A stretch of 64,000 nucleotides of DNA from Candidatus Omnitrophota bacterium (lineage in GTDB: Bacteria; Omnitrophota; Gorgyraeia; Gygaellales; Profunditerraquicolaceae), in assembly GCA_018825985.1 (NCBI GenBank), contig JAHKAP010000047.1, forward strand, positions 2,719 to 66,718, given 5' to 3'. This document shows positions 28,075 to 38,200 of this stretch, piece after piece. Below the pieces are notes generated by a model. That model had not been told where the DNA came from, did not search any database, and worked only from the letters and a program-made list of their open reading frames with translations. The stretch's first letter is position 1; each line of letters starts with the position of its first letter. The position numbers and the translations under genes were made by a program.

Positions 28075-28653
28075 ATGGAGAAAAATAAAGCTTCCCAAAT
28101 GGAATTATTCTCTCAAGGGCGGGATCCTCAAGATGCGGATAACCGGTCTGCGGCCGGATTTATATCCCGGATACGCAATTACGAGAAAGTTGTTTTAGGG
28201 GTAATGGTTTTTATAATTTTTGGAGTGGTTACTTTTTGTATCGGGGTAGAAAGAGGTAAAAGCTTAAGCCGTTTGGATAATTTTAAGCGTTTGGATGTAG
28301 CTAGTAAACCTGTTTTACCGGTCAAATCTCAGGAGACCGTAATATCAGTTGCGCCTGCGAATGTCATTGCGGTTGAGCAGCCGCTGATAAAGAAGATTCC
28401 TGCGGTTGCGCCGGCAATAAAAGAACCGGCCGGATCTTATACCGTCCAAGTAGGAAGTTATAAGAATAATAGCGCGGCCCAGAAAGAGGCCCAGAGATTG
28501 CGCCAGAACGGATTGGACTCTTTAGTTTTGGTCAAGGGGGCGTATTCAATAGTCTGTATAGGAAGTTTTACCGGGAAAAATAAGGCCCAGGCGGCTTTAT
28601 TAAAATTAAAAAATCAATACCAATACCATGATTGTTTATTAAGGAGGCTATAA
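28075..28653 (+). CDS. SPOR-domain protein (septal peptidoglycan binding), N-terminal TM anchor
   Basis: C-terminal SPOR (YTVQVGSYKNNSAAQKEAQRL…). One TM helix. Confidence 0.6.
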   Translation: MEKNKASQMELFSQGRDPQDADNRSAAGFISRIRNYEKVVLGVMVFIIFGVVTFCIGVERGKSLSRLDNFKRLDVASKPVLPVKSQETVISVAPANVIAVEQPLIKKIPAVAPAIKEPAGSYTVQVGSYKNNSAAQKEAQRLRQNGLDSLVLVKGAYSIVCIGSFTGKNKAQAALLKLKNQYQYHDCLLRRL

Positions 28654-28657
28654 AAAT

Positions 28658-28945
28658 ATGTCTATTCACCCGTCGTTAAATATTTCGGATAAGGATAAAC
28701 AGCAAAGGTCGGTATTAAAACGCATTGAGCGGATTAAGCTCATGAAAGATAAGGAGCAATGGAAAGAAGGCGATGATGTTTTTGGATTGCCTAAGATCAA
28801 GACCTTGAGGATCAAGATCAAAAAAGAAAAGGCTGAAAAAGCAACTGATGCTACCGCCGCTCCCGGAGCTGCCGCTTCCGCTCCTGCCGCGCCTGCGCAG
28901 GCCTCGTCAAAAGCGCCCGCCGCCAAAGGTCAGGAAAAGAAATAG
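28658..28945 (+). CDS. Small basic protein with an Ala/Pro/Lys-rich histone-H1-like C-terminal tail
   Basis: Conserved-looking N-terminal half (SIHPSLNISDKDKQQRSVLKRIERI) and a low-complexity AAPGAAASAPAAPAQASSKAPAAKG tail. Confidence 0.35.
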   Translation: MSIHPSLNISDKDKQQRSVLKRIERIKLMKDKEQWKEGDDVFGLPKIKTLRIKIKKEKAEKATDATAAPGAAASAPAAPAQASSKAPAAKGQEKK

Positions 28946-29010
28946 GTATGTCGTGCAGATAAGCGAATTTTTTGCCTGAAGTCCTGGCGATCCGCTTTAC
29001 TTTTTAAAAT

Positions 29011-30096
29011 ATGAAAAAGATCAGGGTTGAACTTAATCAGCGCGCCTATAGCGTTTTTATCGGCAGAGGGATATTGTCCTCGCTGGGAGAGCGCCTGCGC
29101 CAACTAAATATTGGCAGCGATTGTTATATTATTACCAACGCCTGGCTAAAGAAAAAATATTCAAAAGTGCTGGACGCGCCGCTAAGGAGTTCGGGTTTTA
29201 CTTTAAGATACATGATTATCCCGGACAGCGAAAAAAGCAAATCTTTTGAATCCGCTTGCAATATTTTTGAGGATCTGGCTGTTGTTGATAAGAAAAAAAA
29301 CATATTTATTCTGGCTTTTGGAGGCGGGGTGATCGGAGATCTTTCAGCCTTTATCGCCTCTATTTACCGCAGGGGCATCCCGTATATTCAAATACCCACA
29401 ACCCTGCTGGCCCAGGTTGATTCCAGTATCGGGGGAAAGGCCGCGGTTGATATGAGCGCGGCTAAGAACCTGGTGGGGGCGGTTTACCAGCCTAAGGCGG
29501 TATTTTCCGATAATGGACTCTTAAAGACTTTATCCTCCAGGCAGATAAGGGCCGGCTTAGCCGAGATTATTAAATATGGCGTGATTAAAGAGCCGGGGTT
29601 ATTTGATTTTCTAGAAAAAAATTATAATTCGGTTCTCATGCTGAATGAGGCAAAATTAGAATATACCATTAGCAGATGTGTTAAAATAAAAGCTGATATT
29701 GTCAAAAAAGATGAATTAGATCAAAAAGGAATTCGGGCTATCCTTAATTTCGGGCACACTATTGGCCATGCTATTGAAACTGCGGGCGGTTATTTCAGAT
29801 ATAATCATGGTGAAGCCGTGGCTTTGGGTATGCTGGTAGCAATAGATATAAGCCGGTTAATCGGCCTGGCCAATGAGAAAGCAGCCCGGAGAATCGATTG
29901 CCTGATCCAGCAAACAGGCCTGCCTCACCGGATCAGGGGAATAGGGATCGATGCTATAGTAAAGGCCCATTATCATGACAAGAAATTTAAAGGCGCCAGT
30001 AATAGATTCGTGTTATTTAAAGATATTGGTAAAGTTATGCTGGTAGAAAACGTGCCTTTGTCTGTAATTAAAAAAGCGATAAAGAATAGATTTTAG
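29011..30096 (+). CDS. aroB: 3-dehydroquinate synthase
   Basis: GGGVIGDLSAF, GHTIGHAIE. Confidence 0.9.
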   Translation: MKKIRVELNQRAYSVFIGRGILSSLGERLRQLNIGSDCYIITNAWLKKKYSKVLDAPLRSSGFTLRYMIIPDSEKSKSFESACNIFEDLAVVDKKKNIFILAFGGGVIGDLSAFIASIYRRGIPYIQIPTTLLAQVDSSIGGKAAVDMSAAKNLVGAVYQPKAVFSDNGLLKTLSSRQIRAGLAEIIKYGVIKEPGLFDFLEKNYNSVLMLNEAKLEYTISRCVKIKADIVKKDELDQKGIRAILNFGHTIGHAIETAGGYFRYNHGEAVALGMLVAIDISRLIGLANEKAARRIDCLIQQTGLPHRIRGIGIDAIVKAHYHDKKFKGASNRFVLFKDIGKVMLVENVPLSVIKKAIKNRF

Positions 30097-30098
30097 GG

Positions 30099-30127
30099 TT
30101 GACAAAAAGCGATTATTGTTATAAAAT
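30099..30127 (+). promoter_or_regulatory. Sigma70-type promoter TTGACA-17-TAAAAT upstream of guaB-like/guaA
   Basis: Consensus -35 and a good -10, about 80 nt upstream of 30208. Confidence 0.4.
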
Positions 30128-30207
30128 CAAGCTTTAAATCGCGGAGTAAAGTGGCTTATTATTCATAACATATTGTAATGCAATGGTTTATATAAAAAGG
30201 AGTTGAA

Positions 30208-31368
30208 ATGGGTGAATGGATAGGCATGGGTAGGAGGGCCCGCAGATGTTACGGGTTTGATGAAATTGCGTTAGTGCCGGGCACGCAGACAGTTAATCCT
30301 AATGAAGTAGACGCCAGTTTTGAATTCGCTGGAAAGAAATTTAAGGTTCCGATCATGGCCGCGGCTATGGATGGAGTTGTTGATGTTAGATTTGCCGTGG
30401 AGATGTCCAAACTCGGCGGGATCGCGGTTTTGAATCTCGATGGAATTCAGACGCGGTATGAGAATCCGGATCTGGTGCTGGAGAAAATAGCAAAAGCTTC
30501 TCCACAGGAAGCCACTGAATTAATGCAGGCGGTATATACCAAGCCGGTCAAGGATAAACTGATTTCTAAAAGGATTCTGGAGATCAAAAGGAAAAAAGGC
30601 ACTGCCGTGGTTAGCTGTATACCCGCGCATGCCGAAAAATTCGCTAAGCTCGCCCAGGCTGCTGGAGTAGACATATTTGTGGTCCAGTCAACAGTTACTA
30701 CTGCTAAGCACGTTGCCAAAGAATATAAGAGCCTGGACCTGTTTAAATTCTGCAAGTCATCCAAAGTGCCGGTAATTTTAGGCAATTGCGTTACTTACGA
30801 AAATACTTTGGATCTGATGGATACCCAGGCCTCTGGCTTATTAATTGGCGTAGGCCCTGGCGCTGCCTGTACTACTCGCGGAGTATTGGGTATTGGCGTG
30901 CCTCAGGTTACAGCTACTGTGGATGCTGCTGCTGCCCGGGATTTCTATTTTAAGCGCACCGGAAGATACGTGTCTATTATTACTGATGGAGGGATGAATC
31001 GGGGAGGAGATATTTGTAAAGGTTTTGCTGCCGGAGCTGACGCAGTAATGATCGGCTCTAGTTTTGCCCGGGCAATGGAGGCTCCGGGAAGAGGTTATCA
31101 CTGGGGTATGGCTACCTCTCATGTAAATCTTCCCCGGGGTACCCGGATTTATGTTGGTTCGACCGGCTCACTTAAGGAGATTCTTTTTGGCCCGGCAAAG
31201 GTTGATGACGGTTCTCAGAACCTGATGGGAGCGCTGAAGACTTCCATGGGTTCATTGGGGGTCTTGAATATTAAACAGATGCATGATGTGGAGATAATTA
31301 TTGCTCCCACAATACAGACTGAAGGAAAGATTTTTCAGGTCGGCCAGAAAGTAGGGATGGGAAAATGA
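30208..31368 (+). CDS. IMP dehydrogenase family protein lacking the CBS subdomain (GuaB3-like)
   Basis: IMPDH TIM barrel with a catalytic Cys loop (GVGPGAACTTR). 386 aa with no CBS pair. Confidence 0.7.
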   Translation: MGEWIGMGRRARRCYGFDEIALVPGTQTVNPNEVDASFEFAGKKFKVPIMAAAMDGVVDVRFAVEMSKLGGIAVLNLDGIQTRYENPDLVLEKIAKASPQEATELMQAVYTKPVKDKLISKRILEIKRKKGTAVVSCIPAHAEKFAKLAQAAGVDIFVVQSTVTTAKHVAKEYKSLDLFKFCKSSKVPVILGNCVTYENTLDLMDTQASGLLIGVGPGAACTTRGVLGIGVPQVTATVDAAAARDFYFKRTGRYVSIITDGGMNRGGDICKGFAAGADAVMIGSSFARAMEAPGRGYHWGMATSHVNLPRGTRIYVGSTGSLKEILFGPAKVDDGSQNLMGALKTSMGSLGVLNIKQMHDVEIIIAPTIQTEGKIFQVGQKVGMGK

Positions 31369-32906
31369 ACCGTGAAATAGTGCTTATTCTGGATTTTGGC
31401 TCGCAGTATACCCAGTTGATCGCCAGGCGGGTCAGGGAGAACCGGGTTTTTTCTAAGATCGTTCCATATAATATATCGGCCAAAGAAATAGCTGCTATCG
31501 CCCCTAAGGGCCTAATTTTATCCGGTGGTCCGGCATCGGTAGTGGATAAAAAGAGCCCGATGCCCGATAAAACAATTTTTAAATTGGGCATACCTGTTTT
31601 AGGCATATGCTACGGTATGCAGGCTATCGCCCAGATATTCGGCGGCAAGACCAGGCATACCAAGGATCGCGAATACGGCAAAATTGAACTATTTGTGGAT
31701 AATAACCGGATTCTATTCGCGGGCCTGCCGGGTAATTTTACTTGTTGGGCCAGCCATGGAGATTATGTGACTAAGCAGCCCCCAGGATTTACTATCAGCG
31801 CGCATAGTCTGAATTCGCCAATAATGTCTATTGCCAACAAAGCAAAAAAAATCTACGGAGTTCAATTCCACCCGGAAGTAACCCATACTGAGAAAGGCTC
31901 GCAGATATTAAGCAATTTTTTATTTAAGGTCTGCGATTGCTCCGGACGCTGGACTATGCGTTCATTCATTAAAGAAACTGTGGACGGATTAAAAAAAACT
32001 ATTGGAAAAGATAAGGTCGTCTTAGGTTTGAGCGGCGGAGTTGATTCTTCGGTAGTGGCGGTGCTAATGCATCGGGCTATCGGCAGGAATTCCCGCTGTA
32101 TTTTTATTGATAATGGATTAGTTCGGAAAGATGAGGCCGCCCAGATCAAGAATATTTTCCGCAAAGGTTTTCATCTTAATCTTGATTATGTTGACCGCAG
32201 CCGCAGGTTTCTAAACGCCCTCAAAGGGATAACCGATCCCGAAGAGAAGAGGAAGATCATCGGCAGGGAATTTATCAAGGTTTTTGAGGAAGAGGCGAAA
32301 AAAGTCAGGGGCGTGAAATATTTGGCCCAAGGCACGCTTTATCCCGACGTGATCGAATCTATTTCCGCTACTGGTTCTCCGACCAGCAAGATCAAGAGCC
32401 ATCATAACGTGGGAGGGTTGCCCGAGCAGATGCATTTAAAATTAATCGAGCCGCTCAGGGACCTGTTTAAAGATGAGGCCCGCCATATTGCCAGAGAACT
32501 CGGCCTCCCGGAGAGCATAACCTATCGCCAGCCTTTTCCCGGGCCAGGCTTAGGCATCAGGATTATTGGAGAAGTAACAGATGAGCGCCTAAAGATACTG
32601 CGGGAAGTGGATAACCGGGTGATCGAAGAGATCAGAAAAGAGAACCTTTATAACCAGGTTTGGCAATCATTCGCTATATTACTTCCGATAAAGACTGTTG
32701 GAGTTATGGGCGACGAAAGGACCTATGATTGCGTTGCGGCAATACGCTGCGTTGCCAGTGTTGACGGGATGACCGCTGACTGGGTAAAGCTCCCCCATGA
32801 GGTTTTAGAGAAAATATCCAACCGGATAGTCAATGAAGTAAAAGGCGTTAACCGCGTAGTATACGACATAACCTCCAAGCCTCCGGCAACCATTGAGTGG
32901 GAATAA
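31365..32906 (+). CDS. guaA: GMP synthase (glutamine-hydrolysing)
   Basis: GATase1 plus ATP-PPase (SGGVDSSV) plus the C-terminal dimerisation domain. Confidence 0.95.
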   Translation: MNREIVLILDFGSQYTQLIARRVRENRVFSKIVPYNISAKEIAAIAPKGLILSGGPASVVDKKSPMPDKTIFKLGIPVLGICYGMQAIAQIFGGKTRHTKDREYGKIELFVDNNRILFAGLPGNFTCWASHGDYVTKQPPGFTISAHSLNSPIMSIANKAKKIYGVQFHPEVTHTEKGSQILSNFLFKVCDCSGRWTMRSFIKETVDGLKKTIGKDKVVLGLSGGVDSSVVAVLMHRAIGRNSRCIFIDNGLVRKDEAAQIKNIFRKGFHLNLDYVDRSRRFLNALKGITDPEEKRKIIGREFIKVFEEEAKKVRGVKYLAQGTLYPDVIESISATGSPTSKIKSHHNVGGLPEQMHLKLIEPLRDLFKDEARHIARELGLPESITYRQPFPGPGLGIRIIGEVTDERLKILREVDNRVIEEIRKENLYNQVWQSFAILLPIKTVGVMGDERTYDCVAAIRCVASVDGMTADWVKLPHEVLEKISNRIVNEVKGVNRVVYDITSKPPATIEWE

Positions 32907-33010
32907 ATCTGTTGTAGAGTTACCGAGTTAATGAGCTAGCGCTTTAACGAGTTATAACCCGCTAACCCGATAACTCGAGTAATCCTATAACTCGTTAACT
33001 CTATAATTAG

Positions 33011-36000
33011 ATGTTTCATTCTGATTTCATCCACCTCCATTTACATACCCAATACAGCCTGCTGGATGGAGCCTGCCGTTTACCTGATTTATTAACTCTG
33101 GCGAAACTTTATAAAATGGATTCCCTGGCTATTACCGACCACGGGAATATGTTCGGGGCAATTGATTTTTATACGGAAGCCCTTAAACAGGGGATTAAGC
33201 CTATAATCGGAGCAGAGGTTTATGTGGCTCCCCGCAGCCGCTTGGATAAATCCAGCAGCGGCATTGAAGAAGCAGCCTACCATTTAATATTATTAGCCAA
33301 GGATGAGTTAGGGTATAAAAATCTGGCTAAACTTATATCAATAGCCTACCTTGAAGGTTTTTATTACCGGCCCCGTATAGATAAAGAGATCTTGAGCGTT
33401 TATCATGAAGGTTTGATCGGCCTGACTGCCTGTCTTAAAGGCGAGATCCCTTCATTGTTGCAGGAGAAAAGGTTTAATGATGCTTTGAAAACCGCGGACG
33501 ATTATCTGAATATAATGGGTAAGGATAATTTATTCCTGGAGATTCAGGTGAATAAGATTCCCGATCAGGTAACGGTTAATCAGGGCCTGATCAGGATCTC
33601 CCGCGAACTTAAAATTCCCCTGGTAGCAACCAACGATGTGCATTACCTGCAGAAGTCTCATGCCCGGGCCCATGAAGCCCTGCTTTGCATCCAGACCCAG
33701 AATACCCTGGATGACCCCAATAGGATGCGTTTTCAAACCGACGAATTTTATTTTAAATCTCCGGAAGAGATGAAGGAACTTTTTAAAGAAGTCCCTGAGG
33801 CGATAGCTAATACCCTGGAGATCGCCGGACGCTGTAACCTGGAATTGGATTTTAAACAGATCCATCTGCCTAAGTATGAACCACCGGTAAATACGACCAA
33901 GGAAGCGTTCTTAAAAGACCTTTGCGAAAAGGGGTTAAAACAAAAATATCCCGAAGTAGATGCTCAGATAAGAGAGCGCCTGGAGCATGAATTAAAAGTT
34001 ATCAGAGATATGGGTTTTACCAGTTATTTTCTGATCGTCTGGGATTTTATCCATTATGCCAAGAGCCAGCAGATACCGGTCGGACCGGGGAGGGGGTCGG
34101 CTGCCGGTAGCCTGGTTAGTTATTTGTTAGGTATAACCGACATCGACCCCCTAAAATATAAGTTGTTATTTGAGCGTTTTCTCAATCCTCAGAGGATGGG
34201 CCTGCCGGATATAGATATAGATTTTTGTTATGAAAGGCGGCAGGAAGTCATTGATTACGTAACAAAAAAATACGGGCAGGAGAACGTAGCCCAGATTATT
34301 ACTTTCGGGACCATGCAGGCCAGAGCAGTGGTGAGGGATGTCGGCAGGGTTATGGGATTGGCTTACGCGGATGTGGACCGGATCGCTAAAATGATACCTC
34401 CTGATCCTTCGATTAATCTAAAGGACGCCTTAGAGTCGGAACCGGAATTAAAAAATCTTTATAAAAATGACCCGCAGATAACTAAATTAATCGATACCGC
34501 CCTGATATTGGAGGGGCTTAACCGGCATGCCTCGATTCACGCAGCCGGGGTGGTGATTGCGGATAAGCCCCTGAATGAATATATGCCTTTATTCAAGAGC
34601 CAGGATGACCAGATTACCTCAGGTTACGGAATGAAGGTTTTGGAAAAGATAGGTTTATTAAAGGTAGATTTTTTAGGTCTTAGGACCCTGACCGTAATTG
34701 ATCAAGCTAAAAAGATAATCAAAGAAACCAGGGGTAAGGATATAGATATCGATAATATTCCGCTGGATGACCCCAATACCTATAAGCTCTTAGCCGCAGC
34801 TCAAACTATCGGTGTCTTCCAGGTGGAAAGTTCCGGGATGCGGGATCTGCTAAAAAAAATGGAACCGGAGGAATTCGAGGACCTGATCGCTCTCCTGGCT
34901 TTATACCGGCCCGGGCCTATGGGTTCAGGGATGTTAAGCGATTTTATACAGCGTAAGCGGAATAAGACCCCCATCCGGTATGATAATAAAAGATTGGAGC
35001 CGATCTTAAAATCTACTTATGGGATCATGGTATACCAGGAGCAGATCATGCAGATAGCCTCCAGCCTTGCCGGTTTTACCCTGGCCCAGGCTGACCTTTT
35101 GCGCCGGGCTATGAGTAAGAAGACCCCTGAAGTTATGGAACAACAGAGGAAAAGTTTTATAGCCGGCGCGGTTAAACAGGGGGTGAGCGAAACAATAGCT
35201 TCCAAGATATTCGACCAGATCGAATATTTTTCCGGATATGGATTTAACCGCAGCCACAGCGCCGCTTATGCTTTAATATCTTTCCGCACTGCTTATCTTA
35301 AGGCAAATTATCCAGTTGAGTTTATGACCGCGCTCTTGACCTCAGAACGCGACAATACCGATAAGATCGTGGAATATATAAATGAATCCGAACGTATGGG
35401 TATAGAGATTTTGCCTCCGGATATTAATGCCAGCTCAGGCCTGTTTAAAGTGGTTGATGAAAAGAAGATAAGGTTCGGCCTGCTGGCGGTTAAGAATGTT
35501 GGCCGGGGGGCCATAGATTCGATCATTCAGTCCAGAGAAAAGCATGGTAATTTTACTTCCTTGGAAGATATTTGTCAGAGGGTTGATCTAAGGCTGGTTA
35601 ACCATAAAGTCCTGGAGAGCTTGATTAAATGCGGAGCTTTGGATAGTTTTGGAATACATCGGGCCCAAATGTTTATTTCGTTAGACAAAATCCTGGAATT
35701 TGCCTCTAATACCAATAAGGATAAAGCCAAGGGTCAACTTTCTTTTTTTGACAAAGAACTTAATGGGAATGGATTCGACACCCATCTGCCGGCTTCACAG
35801 GTATTGATCAAGGAATGGCCTGAGCCGCAGTTATTGGCTTTTGAAAAAGAAATGCTGGGTTTTTATATTAGCGGCCATCCCTTGGCCCGTTATGCCAGGC
35901 AATTGAAACGTTTTACCTCCCTTTCTATCAAGGACCTTAATCAGTGCAAAGATGAAGATATGATTAAGATAGTCGGGATGATCACTAAGGTTAAACATAC

Positions 36001-36451
36001 TATTACCAGGCAGAAACAGGAGAAGATGGCTATTTTAAAACTGGAAGACCTGGATGGTATAGTGGAGGTTCTGGTTTTTCCGCAGGCTTTTCAGAAGGTA
36101 TCTCAATATATACAGGCTAACCTGGTAGTATTGGTAAAGGGCAGGCTTAATCTGAAAGAAGACGTTCCTAAGATAATAGTGAGCGATATGTTTCCTATGG
36201 ACGAGGTCTATAAATTGGTTACTACATTAAATATCAATCTTACCGGAATGAGGGAAAACCTCTTCGAGAGCCTCAAGGAATTGCTGGGTTCTTCATCGGG
36301 CAGGATACCGGTTTACTTGCATCTGGATACCCCGGCAAAATCCCGGGTCAAAGTGGTTGTGGGCGATAATTTATTTGTTTCGCCGTCAGAGAAGTTGGTC
36401 GAAGATATCGTTAACCTTTTGGGTGAAGATAGGTTATCCCTGACCATCTAA
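33011..36451 (+). CDS. dnaE: DNA polymerase III alpha subunit
   Basis: PHP N-terminus, polymerase core, OB fold. 1146 aa. Confidence 0.95.
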   Translation: MFHSDFIHLHLHTQYSLLDGACRLPDLLTLAKLYKMDSLAITDHGNMFGAIDFYTEALKQGIKPIIGAEVYVAPRSRLDKSSSGIEEAAYHLILLAKDELGYKNLAKLISIAYLEGFYYRPRIDKEILSVYHEGLIGLTACLKGEIPSLLQEKRFNDALKTADDYLNIMGKDNLFLEIQVNKIPDQVTVNQGLIRISRELKIPLVATNDVHYLQKSHARAHEALLCIQTQNTLDDPNRMRFQTDEFYFKSPEEMKELFKEVPEAIANTLEIAGRCNLELDFKQIHLPKYEPPVNTTKEAFLKDLCEKGLKQKYPEVDAQIRERLEHELKVIRDMGFTSYFLIVWDFIHYAKSQQIPVGPGRGSAAGSLVSYLLGITDIDPLKYKLLFERFLNPQRMGLPDIDIDFCYERRQEVIDYVTKKYGQENVAQIITFGTMQARAVVRDVGRVMGLAYADVDRIAKMIPPDPSINLKDALESEPELKNLYKNDPQITKLIDTALILEGLNRHASIHAAGVVIADKPLNEYMPLFKSQDDQITSGYGMKVLEKIGLLKVDFLGLRTLTVIDQAKKIIKETRGKDIDIDNIPLDDPNTYKLLAAAQTIGVFQVESSGMRDLLKKMEPEEFEDLIALLALYRPGPMGSGMLSDFIQRKRNKTPIRYDNKRLEPILKSTYGIMVYQEQIMQIASSLAGFTLAQADLLRRAMSKKTPEVMEQQRKSFIAGAVKQGVSETIASKIFDQIEYFSGYGFNRSHSAAYALISFRTAYLKANYPVEFMTALLTSERDNTDKIVEYINESERMGIEILPPDINASSGLFKVVDEKKIRFGLLAVKNVGRGAIDSIIQSREKHGNFTSLEDICQRVDLRLVNHKVLESLIKCGALDSFGIHRAQMFISLDKILEFASNTNKDKAKGQLSFFDKELNGNGFDTHLPASQVLIKEWPEPQLLAFEKEMLGFYISGHPLARYARQLKRFTSLSIKDLNQCKDEDMIKIVGMITKVKHTITRQKQEKMAILKLEDLDGIVEVLVFPQAFQKVSQYIQANLVVLVKGRLNLKEDVPKIIVSDMFPMDEVYKLVTTLNINLTGMRENLFESLKELLGSSSGRIPVYLHLDTPAKSRVKVVVGDNLFVSPSEKLVEDIVNLLGEDRLSLTI

Positions 36452-36465
36452 TCCGCCAGGCCCGT

Positions 36466-36547
36466 GAAATGGGGTCAGAATTATTTTTTCTTTAGTCTGG
36501 CGCTCGAAAAAATAATTCTGACCCCATTTCTGCTGACCCCATTTCTG
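36466..36547. repeat. Paired REP type A with an extra partial 3' repeat (GACCCCATTTCTG x2)
   Basis: GAAATGGGGTCAGAATTATTTTTTC…GAAAAAATAATTCTGACCCCATTTCTGCTGACCCCATTTCTG. Confidence 0.8.
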
Positions 36548-36568
36548 AAGTTAAATTACTGTTTTTAT

Positions 36569-36597
36569 TTGACGCCAGCTAATTTATGTGCTATTAT
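36569..36597 (+). promoter_or_regulatory. Sigma70-type promoter TTGACG-17-TATTAT upstream of hup
   Basis: About 75 nt upstream of the hup start codon. Confidence 0.4.
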
Positions 36598-36673
36598 TTA
36601 AACAATAAAACAAGCGATCCTATCATTCTAACATTTTGTTAATATTATAGTTACAAATTAGAGGAGGTGAGTA

Positions 36674-36946
36674 ATGACGAAGAAAGATATAATACTCAAG
36701 ATCTCTGATGATACAAATTTAAAGCAGACTGATGTCAAAAAGGTAGTCCAGAAGACTTTTGACTATATGATCGAGGCATTAGTCAGGGGAGAGAAAATAG
36801 AGCTGCGTAATTTCGGAGTATTCAAAATTAAAGAACGCAAGAGCAGGACCGGAAGGAATCCCCGTACCGGAGAAGTAGTGCCTGTTCCGCCCAGAAAAGT
36901 GGCGGTTTTTAAGCCGGGTTTGGAAATGAAGACGAAGATAAGGTAA
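36674..36946 (+). CDS. hup: HU/IHF-family DNA-binding protein
   Basis: RNFGVFKIKERKSRTGRNPRTGEVVPVPPRKVAVFKPG. Confidence 0.9.
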   Translation: MTKKDIILKISDDTNLKQTDVKKVVQKTFDYMIEALVRGEKIELRNFGVFKIKERKSRTGRNPRTGEVVPVPPRKVAVFKPGLEMKTKIR

Positions 36947-36958
36947 GAATCAAAAAAC

Positions 36959-38200
36959 ATGTTTAAAAGAGTGCCCGGTACCAGGGATATTTTGCCAGGC
37001 GAGATCTCCTGGTGGTTAAAAATAGAAGAAGCCAGCCGCAGGATATTTTCGCTGTACAATTATCAAGAGATACGCCCGCCTTTAATCGAAGATGCCCGTT
37101 TATTTAACCGTTCTTTAGGTGAATCCGCTGAAATAGTCCAAAAACAGATGTTTCTGGTCAGGAACAATGAAGATATTTACGCATTGAGGCCTGAAGGTAC
37201 AGCTTCAATAGTCAGGGCTTACCTGGAAAACAATTTGGACAAAACTAACAGCTTTGTAAAATTATATTATACGGGCGCGATGTTCCGTATGGAAAGGCCG
37301 CAAAAAGGAAGGCTTAGGCAATTTCACCATTTAGGCTCTGAAGTGATCGGTTCTTATCAACCGCAGGTAGATGCGGAAGTTATATCCTTAGGCAATAGGA
37401 TTTTAACAGAGGGCGGGATAAATGGTTATAAGATCAAAATCAATACTTTAGGCTGCAGGCAGGATAAAAAAGAATTATCCTCTAATTTAAATAAGAGCCT
37501 TAAGGATAAACTAGGGCAATTGTGTAAGGAATGCCAGGTTCGTTTTGAACGTAATATTTTAAGGGTTTTGGATTGTAAAAACGAGAGTTGCCGGGAGGTT
37601 GTCAGTAGTTTAAACCTTTCCGGTAGTCATATCTGCAAGGAATGCGCGGATCATTTTAAACAGGTCAGGGAGGCCCTGGATTCATTAAAAATAAATTATC
37701 AGGTTTCTCCTTACTTAGTCAGGGGATTGGATTATTATACCCGGACAGTTTTTGAATTTATCCATCCCAACCTGGGTCCGCAACAGGATGCCTTAGGCGC
37801 CGGAGGAAGATATGATAATTTGGTTAAAGATTTGGGCGGACCGGAAATAGGGGCAGTAGGATTCGCTTTTGGCATGGAAAGGTTGTTAATAGCCGATAGT
37901 CCACAGCCAACAGTCAACAGTAATAAATTAGTGTATATTATAACAATGGGCGATGCGGCTAAAAAACAAGGGGTCAGGTTTTTGGACCAGCTGCGCCGGG
38001 CTGGGATCGCAGCGGATACTGATTATGAAGGCAGGACCTTAAAAGGAGCGATGCGCCAGGCCAATGACTTAAAGGCTGGGTTTGTTTTAATTATCGGCGA
38101 TAATGAATTAAATAAAGATGCGGTTACTTTAAAAAATATGTCTTCAGGGGAACAAAAAGAAGTAAAATCCGCTGATATTATAGAGGAGTTAAAATGTTAA
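36959..38200 (+). CDS. hisS: Histidine--tRNA ligase
   Basis: Class II HisRS motifs plus the C-terminal anticodon-binding domain. Confidence 0.9.
   Translation: MFKRVPGTRDILPGEISWWLKIEEASRRIFSLYNYQEIRPPLIEDARLFNRSLGESAEIVQKQMFLVRNNEDIYALRPEGTASIVRAYLENNLDKTNSFVKLYYTGAMFRMERPQKGRLRQFHHLGSEVIGSYQPQVDAEVISLGNRILTEGGINGYKIKINTLGCRQDKKELSSNLNKSLKDKLGQLCKECQVRFERNILRVLDCKNESCREVVSSLNLSGSHICKECADHFKQVREALDSLKINYQVSPYLVRGLDYYTRTVFEFIHPNLGPQQDALGAGGRYDNLVKDLGGPEIGAVGFAFGMERLLIADSPQPTVNSNKLVYIITMGDAAKKQGVRFLDQLRRAGIAADTDYEGRTLKGAMRQANDLKAGFVLIIGDNELNKDAVTLKNMSSGEQKEVKSADIIEELKC

Noticed and set aside
33092-35526. Antisense ORFs inside dnaE, and similar ones inside accC, pfp, guaA, ppdK etc.
   Set aside because: They are fully embedded opposite long conserved genes, with composition typical of antisense frames. 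They were treated as spurious.
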